This document shows positions 20,577 to 29,800 of a stretch of 64,000 nucleotides of DNA, piece after piece. The notes under the pieces are model-generated. The model was not told where the DNA came from, did not search any database, and worked only from the letters and a program-made list of their open reading frames with translations. This DNA comes from Bacteroidales bacterium (GTDB lineage: Bacteria; Bacteroidota; Bacteroidia; Bacteroidales; UBA3663), in assembly GCA_016286775.1 (NCBI GenBank), contig JAEEUA010000001.1, positions 105-64,104 of the forward strand, written 5' to 3'. Numbering within the stretch: the first letter of the stretch is position 1; every line of letters starts with the position of its first letter. The position numbers and the translations under genes are program-made.

Positions 20577-20844
20577 TGATTCTACAAAGGCGAAAAATGG
20601 ATTTATTGAAGACGAAACTGTCCGATGACAGTTTTGATGTTTCTTTTGAGTTCAGCATTTGAAAGCGAGCTTTCCTCTGCGGCCCTCAAATGAACCATCA
20701 CCCTAATGGGCTTCCATCTTCAATAAATCTAAAATAGCTATCGCAGAAAAATGAGTATTAAAATTCTGCTTGATGGAAATACATTGGATTAATAGTCATC
20801 CCCCTATGCAGGGGGAATGAGAGGGTCCTATTCGTGAGTAATTC

Positions 20845-22404
20845 ATGTTTAGAGTTAATTTATTTCTCTCATTCGTTTTATTCTTTGTACTTTGCTTAAT
20901 GCCTCTAAAGTCTGAGTCATTGAGTAATGGGGTAGTGCAGAGATATGAGGTGCAGGTGTCGGGGAGCGATGGATGCACTCCGCTTTGGCTGAATGCGAAT
21001 AAGTATGGACTGAGCTCGCTGAGTCCTTTCAATGGTTATGTGCGTGGTGGTTTTGAAAGGTCATTGGAGGTGGATGAGGATAAGAAATGGGGGATAGGCT
21101 ATGGATTGGATTTGGTGGCACCTCTGCATTATACCAGTGATTTTGTGATTCAACAGTGTTATGCTGAAATGAGGTATAAGCATGCTGTGCTGACAATTGG
21201 CCAGAAAGAGCAGCCGATGCTCTTGAAGAATATGGAATTGAGCAGCGGTTCGCAGACATTAGGCATCAATGCACGACCTATTCCTGGAATACGTTTGTCA
21301 TTTCCCGAGTATTGGAGTGTCCCTGGGCTACACAAATGGTTGGCCATCAAGGGGCATTTTTCGTATGGCTGGATGACGGATGGAAGTTTTCAGGAACGAT
21401 GGACGGATGGCAAGAAACAATATGCTAAAGATGTGCTCTATCACGATAAAGCCGGATATTTGCGTATAGGTCCGGGAAATATGTCTTTTCCATTTAGTTT
21501 AGAGCTCGGTCTTGAGATGGCATGCTTGTTTGGAGGTGATATTTATAATTATAAAAAAGATGCCCTGAAGGGCAGTAATAGCATAAAAGCATATATAGAT
21601 GCATTTATTGCAGGAGGTGACGAAGATAAAAGCCAGCATTACCAAACTATGGCTGGCGACCAGTTGGGCAGTTGGGTAGTACGTCTGAATTATGATCATG
21701 AAAAGATATCCGCTGCTATTTATGCTGACCATTTTTTTGAAGATCATTCATCGATGTTCTTTCTGGATTATGATGGCTATGGTTATGGAAGGGATTGGGA
21801 CACCTGGAAGAGGAATCGTTATCTGCTCTATCCATTGAAAGATATCATGGTGGGTGCTGAACTGCGAATGAAGGAATTCCGATGGATTGATGGAGCAGTA
21901 ATCGAGTTCATGAATTCACGCTATCAAAGCGGACCAATATACCATGACCATACCCGAAGTATCAGTGACCATATTGGTGGACGTGATGGTTATTATAATC
22001 ATTACCTTTATGCAGGTTGGTTACACTGGGGACAGGTGATGGGGAATCCGCTGTATCGCTCTCCAATCTATAATACGGATGGATCGTTGACCATCAAGGA
22101 TAATCGTTTCTATGCCTGGCATTTCGGAATTTCGGGAAATCTATTGATTAATCTGCGCTATCGCCTGCTCTACAGCTGGCAGAAAGGATGGGGAACCTAT
22201 AGTGATCCATTCTTATATCCTCAGGAGAATCTCAGCATGATGGGGGAGGTGACGTATCAATTCAAAGGTAATGGACTTCTGAAGCATTGTACGATTAAGT
22301 TAGCTGGTGGATTTGATAAGGGTGAACTCCTTGGTAATAATCTAGGTTGCCAGATGACGTTTCAATATCAAATCATTGGAAAAAGTTTATTTTTTTTAAC
22401 ATGA
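20845..22404 (+). CDS. Outer-membrane capsule-assembly Wzi-like protein
   Basis: Signal peptide. TPLWLNANKYGLSSL resembles the Wzi-family N-terminal motif. Aromatic/Gly-rich beta-barrel composition and CPS context. Confidence 0.5.
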   Translation: MFRVNLFLSFVLFFVLCLMPLKSESLSNGVVQRYEVQVSGSDGCTPLWLNANKYGLSSLSPFNGYVRGGFERSLEVDEDKKWGIGYGLDLVAPLHYTSDFVIQQCYAEMRYKHAVLTIGQKEQPMLLKNMELSSGSQTLGINARPIPGIRLSFPEYWSVPGLHKWLAIKGHFSYGWMTDGSFQERWTDGKKQYAKDVLYHDKAGYLRIGPGNMSFPFSLELGLEMACLFGGDIYNYKKDALKGSNSIKAYIDAFIAGGDEDKSQHYQTMAGDQLGSWVVRLNYDHEKISAAIYADHFFEDHSSMFFLDYDGYGYGRDWDTWKRNRYLLYPLKDIMVGAELRMKEFRWIDGAVIEFMNSRYQSGPIYHDHTRSISDHIGGRDGYYNHYLYAGWLHWGQVMGNPLYRSPIYNTDGSLTIKDNRFYAWHFGISGNLLINLRYRLLYSWQKGWGTYSDPFLYPQENLSMMGEVTYQFKGNGLLKHCTIKLAGGFDKGELLGNNLGCQMTFQYQIIGKSLFFLT

Positions 22405-22524
22405 ATGCTCATGAATGGATTACGATTTTATCATGAATTAAGGTTCGGTTTTAACGTTAATGCTCATTAATGGACCGTATAATGATTCGTTATTCGATTT
22501 TTGTTTGAAGCTGCTAAATGTTTA

Positions 22525-23232
22525 ATGGATACTGGTATTTCCGGAAGTTGGTTGAAGTTGATTGCATGTGTGTCGATGTTGATTGACCATATAGCATTGC
22601 ATGTGTTCAAGGGAATGGACTGGGTGCATTCCTGCTTGTTCCAGATAGGAAATCATGAAATCACGCCCTACTTCGTTATGCGGAATGTTATTGGGCGATG
22701 GGCATTCCCGCTGTTCGCCTTCCTGATTGTGGAGGGATTTCTGCATACGCATGACAGAAAATGGTACGGAATGAATCTTTTTTTGTTCGCCCTAATGTCG
22801 GAGATACCTTTTAATTTTGTGAATGTGAACAATTTCTTCTATTATAAGCAGAATGTATTCTTCACGCTCCTGTTGGGATATTTGGGACTGTGTGCGATTG
22901 AACGGTTCAAGGAGGATTTCAAGCAGCTTGCAAAATTCATGGTCTCGCTATTTCTGTTGTCATTCGTGCTGCGTGCTGATTATGGTTGTGGAGGATTCGG
23001 ATTTATCCTGCTGATCTATCTGCTGCGGGAGAACAAATTGCTGATGTCGATTGTAGGTACGGGTGCCTTGCCAACTACAATTTTTTCGGGCATAGCGTTT
23101 ATCCCCATCTGGTTCTATAATGGGGAAAGAGGGTTTGTGAGGGGGAAGGTGTGGAAGTACGCGTTCTATTGTTTCTATCCGGTGCATCTGCTTGTCCTCT
23201 ACTTTATCAAGTTACATATATATGGTCCTTGA
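22525..23232 (+). CDS. TraX-family membrane protein
   Basis: LKLIACVSMLIDHIA and WAFPLFAFLIVEGFLHT resemble TraX signatures. About 7 TM segments. The first in-frame ATG is 22525. Confidence 0.55.
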   Translation: MDTGISGSWLKLIACVSMLIDHIALHVFKGMDWVHSCLFQIGNHEITPYFVMRNVIGRWAFPLFAFLIVEGFLHTHDRKWYGMNLFLFALMSEIPFNFVNVNNFFYYKQNVFFTLLLGYLGLCAIERFKEDFKQLAKFMVSLFLLSFVLRADYGCGGFGFILLIYLLRENKLLMSIVGTGALPTTIFSGIAFIPIWFYNGERGFVRGKVWKYAFYCFYPVHLLVLYFIKLHIYGP

Positions 23233-23283
23233 TAATTCATTTATTCCCCCTAAGTAGGGACTGTGAGGGTTTTTGAAGAAAAG

Positions 23284-23329
23284 TTTAGAGTCATCATCGG
23301 TAGGCTTGTTTACGGATGATGACTCTAAA
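23284..23329. terminator. Bidirectional hairpin between convergent genes
   Basis: TTTAGAGTCATCATC at 23284-23298 pairs with GATGATGACTCTAAA at 23316-23330 (15 bp). It is flanked by A/T runs and lies between the TraX-like (+) and transferase (-) stop codons. Confidence 0.55.
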
Positions 23330-23330
23330 T

Positions 23331-24560
23331 TTATTTGTCGGGATCATAATCGGGATGGGCGGCGTCTCGTTTAGGACCGAAAGGAGTGTCGATGAATCGC
23401 TGTAGTTTGTTCCACCAATCCTTTTCACCTTGGCGCATCTTGGTTAGCGATCGACGGATTCGGTACGCTGATTGTGAATTGCGCTTGTCTTGATGGGAAA
23501 GATAAGCATAGCTGCCCCAGACGAGGGAAGCGGCAGTAATCAAGACAACATAGAACTGGGCATTGATGGAGCAATGGCTCTTGAAGGCGATGGCCCAAAC
23601 AATTACTATAATAATAGCAATTGAAATCTCAATCAGGGAAGTAAGCGAGTGGGATCCACTGTAGCTGAGTAGCATATGGTGAAGATGTGTCTTGTCTGCC
23701 TTGAAGGGGGATTGGCCTTTCATGATGCGGCGGAACATCACACGTAAGGTATCACCTACGGGTACAGCAAGGATGGCGAGTGTAAGGGCAACAAGGCTCA
23801 AATGCTGGCTTGATACATATTTTATCCATTGGCTGTTGTGGTCGTAACGAAGCATCTGGATGACATACCATGTCATCAGGATGCCCATGGTCATGGTGCC
23901 TGCATCGCCGATGAACATCTTGGAGGTCTTGCCGAGGACGTTGTGGATGAGGAAGGGAAGCAATGCTCCTGCATAGATAAAGGCAAGCATGGCATTGGGA
24001 TAGTCGTGCGCTTTAATCATAGCGATGCCGAACATACAGCTGAAGGTGATGCAGAGACCACTGGAGAGGCCGTTGACGCCATCGATCATGTTCATGGCGT
24101 TGATGATACCTACGCCCGCAAAGACGGTAAGGGGAACACCAATCCACCAGGAGAAGGTCTCGATGCCCCATAGCCCGTGCAAGCTGTCAATGCAGGCACC
24201 TTCACCGTAGATGATGCCGAGGATGGCGAGAACTTCGATGATGATGCGGTTGCGGGGAGTCAGGTCGATGATATCGTCGATGGCACCAATGTAGAGCATC
24301 ATGCTCATGGCGATGACAATGGGTAATATCGAATCGCACTCCCAGATACAGGTGGCTAACAATGTGCCGCACAGCACACCGAAGAAGACGGCGATGCCTC
24401 CCATGACGGGTACGGGGCGCTTCTGCAGCTTGCGTGCGTCGGGATTATCGACGAGATTCTTCGCTTTAGCAATGGCAAGTATCTTGAAATAGATCCAGAA
24501 CGTCATCAGCATAGAGACGAACGAGGTGGAGGTGAAAAAGATTAGGCGACTGACATGCAT
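23331..24560 (-). CDS. Undecaprenyl-phosphate HexNAc-1-phosphate transferase (MraY/WecA family, GT4 of polyprenyl-phosphate transferases)
   Basis: Motifs DNPDARKLQKRPVPVMGG, NMIDGVNGL and MFIGDAGTM, with about 10 TM segments. Confidence 0.85.
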   Translation of the reverse strand: MHVSRLIFFTSTSFVSMLMTFWIYFKILAIAKAKNLVDNPDARKLQKRPVPVMGGIAVFFGVLCGTLLATCIWECDSILPIVIAMSMMLYIGAIDDIIDLTPRNRIIIEVLAILGIIYGEGACIDSLHGLWGIETFSWWIGVPLTVFAGVGIINAMNMIDGVNGLSSGLCITFSCMFGIAMIKAHDYPNAMLAFIYAGALLPFLIHNVLGKTSKMFIGDAGTMTMGILMTWYVIQMLRYDHNSQWIKYVSSQHLSLVALTLAILAVPVGDTLRVMFRRIMKGQSPFKADKTHLHHMLLSYSGSHSLTSLIEISIAIIIVIVWAIAFKSHCSINAQFYVVLITAASLVWGSYAYLSHQDKRNSQSAYRIRRSLTKMRQGEKDWWNKLQRFIDTPFGPKRDAAHPDYDPDK

Positions 24561-24766
24561 ACGTTAGTATGATTAGTGGCGAGCAAGCTCGCTGTTGAAT
24601 TGTTAGGAACCTTTTCAGTACACTGGAAGGTTATTGTACACTCTTTCGGGGCAAAGATAATGAACATTTCTGAATTGACCAAACATTTTCCGTTTTATTT
24701 TATCAATCTTTCTTCTTTTACCTCCATTTGACAGCTGATACGTGCATTTCCGCTCTCTATTGAATG

Positions 24767-24816
24767 AAAAAACTTGGAGGGTGTGGGACTTTGGCCCTGC
24801 ACCCTCCAAGTTTTTT
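24767..24816. terminator. Rho-independent terminator, bidirectional
   Basis: A perfect 11-bp stem, CTTGGAGGGTG at 24773-24783 with CACCCTCCAAG at 24800-24810. It is preceded by A6 and followed by T6, downstream of the minus-strand gene ending at 25005. Confidence 0.6.
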
Positions 24817-25004
24817 CGGAAATGTGAGGTGGGAAGATTATTCTCTGTCCCACATGCTTTGACGCTTGCCTTGAGCTTCGACACCGCTTTGAAACAAGCC
24901 TTCCTCCTCGTCCTGATGCAAGGAATCACAAACAATATCGTTTGGTTCGAGGTTCACGAACTTGACCGATGGATTAGAAAAAACCTTTTTCATAATATAG
25001 TACT

Positions 25005-26363
25005 TTATTTTATCATAATAATCTTGCCATTCTCGATAAACAAGCCCTTTTGAGTATTGTTGAGCTTGCGACCCTGGAGGTCGAAGGTTGCTACGACGGT
25101 GCCATCTTCCTGCTCAACGAACTGAAGGGACTGCTCTTCCTCAATCTCGATGCGGAAAGGTGCTCCATTGGTCGGAGCGGGTGTCTCGAACCATCCGCGA
25201 TAGGGCTTGACGGTTATATTATTGCCACAATAGTATTTGTCATTGTAAACGTAGTAGATGCCGTCGAGCGTTTTGCGCTGGAACGTTCCTTTCATGGTCC
25301 AATTTGAGATGCCTGCGGTCGTAGGATCAGCCACAACTGTTACATTTGATTCAGCGATGTTCAATTCGCCAGGTTCATCAAGCTTGAAGGCGACAGGCGT
25401 TCCTGCGGCGATGTTGGTGCCTTCGATTGGGGTGAATTTCATTGACGTTTCAGTAACAGAATTTAACTGATAGAAGGTCACGCCGTTGTATGAGTTCGTA
25501 ATGTTGAAAGGAAGGCAGAGGGTGCCCCAGTGGTAGCCGGTAGAGGGGCGAGTGTAGGAGGCAGATGATACTATATAGCTATTAGAACTCGATAATTCAA
25601 TATTATCATTTAAATTCAGTTCCACACCCTCAATCTTCAAACTCCAACGTGTGTTATCTGAAAAGTTGGAAGATGGATTCCAAGTAGCGGTCAATTTATA
25701 TTTGGTGAATCCTGTGGTTGAGGTATTTAACACGAAATTATCATTGTTATTACCATTAATCCATCCTTGAGGAGCATTAAGGGAAACTGTGCCAATACCT
25801 AAATAAGTATTATTTGGAAGATTAAGTTTGAATGATACTTCACCGTTCGGAGCATCCAAATCATAAGTCCAATTGATCATACTATTTCTAGTAAAGGATG
25901 TACTTGTTGTACTCCAATCATTAAAAGAACCGGCAATAGTCAACGATACAGGACTAGTAGTATAAGATTTATCATCTCCAAAATAATAGAAATAATACTC
26001 AGAGCCACTATTTAATTCGATAGCAGGAGTTTCTTTAGCTTGCGATGGGTCATCTAATCTTGGATCAGATATAATTATTTTTATATTTGTTCCATCATTT
26101 TTTGGAGTTAATACTTTCTTGTAAAAAATATCTCCATCTTTTTCAATATTGCCATCTAATTCTGTAAATTTCGGAGGGTATATGCCTTGACTTGCGTTCC
26201 AATTAGGTTTCGGGTCATTGGTTTCATCAGCATCATACCAATAAAATCTTTGTGAATCAGGATAACTTCCATAAACATACACCGTCACATCTTCTGCCTG
26301 TGCATTATACACACTCAAGCAGGAAAGCAAGGCGAATAACGAAGTAAATGTCTTCATAGCCAT
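25005..26363 (-). CDS. T9SS-secreted non-catalytic surface protein, probable glycan/starch-binding
   Basis: Signal peptide MAMKTFTSLFALLSCLSVYNAQA. IAGSFNDW is a beta-sandwich motif (CBM20/48-like). The C-terminal roughly 200-aa module is shared with the adjacent amylase. The T9SS CTD-like end is DLQGRKLNNTQKGLFIENGKIIMIK. Confidence 0.6.
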   Translation of the reverse strand: MAMKTFTSLFALLSCLSVYNAQAEDVTVYVYGSYPDSQRFYWYDADETNDPKPNWNASQGIYPPKFTELDGNIEKDGDIFYKKVLTPKNDGTNIKIIISDPRLDDPSQAKETPAIELNSGSEYYFYYFGDDKSYTTSPVSLTIAGSFNDWSTTSTSFTRNSMINWTYDLDAPNGEVSFKLNLPNNTYLGIGTVSLNAPQGWINGNNNDNFVLNTSTTGFTKYKLTATWNPSSNFSDNTRWSLKIEGVELNLNDNIELSSSNSYIVSSASYTRPSTGYHWGTLCLPFNITNSYNGVTFYQLNSVTETSMKFTPIEGTNIAAGTPVAFKLDEPGELNIAESNVTVVADPTTAGISNWTMKGTFQRKTLDGIYYVYNDKYYCGNNITVKPYRGWFETPAPTNGAPFRIEIEEEQSLQFVEQEDGTVVATFDLQGRKLNNTQKGLFIENGKIIMIK

Positions 26364-26409
26364 GATATAAAATGATTGTTTTATAGGTGATCGTATTCAA
26401 AAACGGGGA

Positions 26410-26417
26410 CAAATTTA
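26410..26417 (-). promoter_or_regulatory. Candidate Bacteroidota -7 box (TAAATTTG on the minus strand)
   Basis: Matches the TAnnTTTG consensus about 47 nt upstream of ATG 26363. Confidence 0.3.
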
Positions 26418-26574
26418 TTGTATAAATTTATATCTTCCAAATTTTCGAAAGATTATTTGCAAAATGACGCGTTATTTTGCTCGCTAAATGGATTTTTTGA
26501 TTTTTTAGTGTGCCATTTTCTATTTGGAATTAAAAATAAATCGGAAAAAGTTTGGAGGATTTGGAATTGTTGTG

Positions 26575-26582
26575 TATCTTTG
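26575..26582 (+). promoter_or_regulatory. Candidate Bacteroidota -7 box (TATCTTTG)
   Basis: Matches TAnnTTTG. It lies about 270 nt upstream of the amylase start, which would imply a long leader. Confidence 0.3.
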
Positions 26583-26854
26583 CGGCGATATTTTCGTTAT
26601 AATCGAAACCATTAAAGAAAAATAACATCAGACATTGAAACAAGTAGGTGAAAATGGCAGACAACCTCGGCCCAATTGCCTGGTTGTTTCTGCCGGAAAA
26701 TGAGCAGGTCCAATACCTGAAAAAAATTGCACTTCGTGCAGAAAATCCGTCCGGATCCATGTGATCATCATGATATGGGCGAGCTTTATTTTTTGCGCAT
26801 GGTTTCTACTGAATGTCAGTTTATTCAATATACCTTTTTAAAAATATAATGCTT

Positions 26855-29800
26855 ATGAAAAAAATCTTACTTTCTGTTGCTATGCTCTGCATGGCATTGT
26901 GTGGGCGAGCTGAGACACAAGATGCCTATGTGGGCTGGCCTGCCAATTACGATGGCGTGATGCTCCAGGGCTTCTGGTGGGACAGCTACGATGCCACCAA
27001 ATGGTCGAATCTGACAGCACGCGCTAACGAGCTGTCGCAGTATTTTGATCTGATATGGATTCCGAACTCTGGCACATGCTCGGGTGACTACAATGGTTCT
27101 CAAGGTAAGTCGATGGGCTATGATCCCTGCTATTGGCTGCATCATAATTCGTGCTTCGGCACGGAGGCTGAACTACGCACGATGATCGACACTTATAAGG
27201 AGAAAGGTGTTGGATTCATCGCTGATGTGGTGGTTAACCATAAGAAGGGTAAGACAAATTGGTGCGACTTCCCTAATGAGTCTGTAGATGGAACTGGCCA
27301 AAATGCAGGAATTACGTATAATCTCGAATGGGATAATAGCTACTTCTCCGGCATCTGCAAGAATGATGAATGCAACTATTACAAGGATGAATTAGGGAAC
27401 TATCCCTATAAGACTTCCGGCGAGTATGACACAGGCGATAACTTTGATGGTTATCGTGACCTGGATCATACGAATCAACATGTTCGAGAGAACATTATGA
27501 TCTATCTCCACTTCCTGCTGAATGAGTTGGGCTTTGCGGGCTTCCGCTATGATATGGTGAAAGGCTATAGCGCAGGTTATATCCAGCAATATAACAATAA
27601 TGAGTATGCCCGTGGCCTTTATGGTACTTCTGCAGTCCCTACCTTTTCCGTAGGAGAATTTTGGGACAATCAAGAGAATACTCAAAACTGGATTAATGGT
27701 ACGGGAAGGACTTCGGCTGCTTTCGACTTTGCTCTGAAGTTTACGCTCAATGATGCCATCAGCAGAGGCAATTACGCAGCCCTACAGAACAAGAGCTTTA
27801 CCTATGACCCCAGTTACAGTCGTCTCTCAGTGACATTCGCCGACAACCACGATACGGGACGTGAATCGTCCAAACTCGAAAATAACTGGTCGGCTGCCAA
27901 TGCGTTCATTTTGGCTTCGCCAGGTACACCTTGTGTTTGGTTCCCCCATTATGAGGCTGACCCTGTGAACATTCGTGCGATGATCCTGGCTCGCAAGGCT
28001 TGCGGAATTACGAATACGGGCTATGAGATTTTGAAGCAGTATCCTGTTGAGAATAATGGCGGATATATCCTTGAAACCAAGGGCTCGAAGGGCAGTGTAT
28101 ATGTTCAGCTGGGCTCTGCTGCCGACGATGGCACGCCTGATGGCTATACGCTCGTGGCAGAGGGCGATGCCTACAAGTTTTACTCAACGAAGGCTGACTT
28201 TGCTTCGGTGAATGTGTCTCCCAATGGAGGGCCTTTTACCACCGAGACGAAGGATGTTACTTTGACAGCTGTCAATGCGAATGAGGCCTGGTACAAAATC
28301 GATAATGGAGATCCAGTTTCATTCAGCGGTGAAAAGACTGTTCAGATTGGCAATGGATGTAATGTGAACGAAGAAATCACCATCAGTTGGGGTGCAACGG
28401 GTGCTGATAATGTTGAATATACCGGCTCCACAACCTTCACGAAGCGAGATGCATACAACACACCTACGGTAGAAGAAAATGAAGTAAGCGTCTTCTTCGA
28501 GACGAATGCAAATGAGGTTACCATCTGGGCATGGGATGATGATGAAGTCAACTATACCGGAGGCGTTTGGGAGAATAAGCCTGCCATGAACCTGATGGGC
28601 GTGAACGAGGCTGGAAAACTTGTCCATAAGTGGACCTATTCCGGAACAGGCAAGCCCACTCATGTGCTCTTCGTGGCTGATGACAATCAGACATCTGACT
28701 TCGCATTTGTCAATCATGGCTACTACACCGAGTCGGGCATTTCGTATCATCTGGGCACGAATACTGTCTATTTCGATAATACAGTCAGCAATTGGGAACA
28801 TGTATATTATTATGCGTGGGACAGCAATGACCATGACAAGGCTGCCTGGCCGGGTGAAGAGATTACAGCTGTTAATGGTCAATATAAGGTGACATTGGAC
28901 GGTGTTTATACCAATATCATTTTCAACGATGGAAATGGCAGCATATTGGGCGTGACCAAGACAAAGGATCTTTCCGTGATTGACGGAGCCACCTATGCAA
29001 TGGGCACCAATACCGTATCGTTCGATAACAGCCAGCTGGGTTGGGACAATGTCTATTACTATGCATACACTGACAATGAAATTCCTAAAGTGGAATGGCC
29101 GGGTGAGTCGCTCAGTGAGAACACGAATGGTATCTATGGTGTAACCTTGCTTGAGGGGTACACAAAGGTGATCTTCCACAATAATACTACAGGTATCGTT
29201 GGGGAAACCAAGACGGCTAATCTGGATGTGGTGGATGGCACCGTTTATACGATAGGCGCCAATACCGTCTATTTCGACAACAGCATTTCCCAGTGGAACG
29301 TTGTCTATTACTATGCTTTCACCGAGGATGGTACTTCGAAGAAGGATTGGCCAGGCGAAAAGTTCGCTGCCAACCCTGAGGATAAGTACGAAGTAACTTT
29401 GTCGGATATTTACACCAAAATTATCTTCAACAATGGTACGGGAGGTAATGTGGGCGTCAGCCAGACGGAAGACCTTACGATTGAGAACGGCAAGGAATAT
29501 GCATTGGCTACCCATACAGTTTATTACGACAACAGCCAAACAAATTGGGAGAATGTGTATTATTACACCTTCACCGACAAGGGTGCTTCTAAAAAGGCTT
29601 GGCCTGGCGAAACCATTGCTGCAAATGCAAACGGCAAGTATGAAGTTACCTTGCTGGGTGGCTACTCTTCCATTATCTTCAGCGATGGAAATGGCGGCGT
29701 GAAACGGGTGAACCAGACGGAAGACCTCACGGTAGAAGATGGCAAGACTTATACGCTTACTGCCAATACGGTTTATTTCGACAATACCGGTGCCGATTGG

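Noticed and set aside
20577-20664. 28-aa ORF (MILQRRKMDLLKTKLSDDSFDVSFEFSI) after the EEP gene, considered as a gene remnant
   Set aside because: It is too short and I recognise no family, so it cannot be supported from sequence alone.
24615-25053. ORFs 24615..24935(-) and 24742..25053(+) in the gap between the initiating transferase and the T9SS protein
   Set aside because: They span a strong bidirectional terminator hairpin (24767-24816), overlap each other, and have no motifs.
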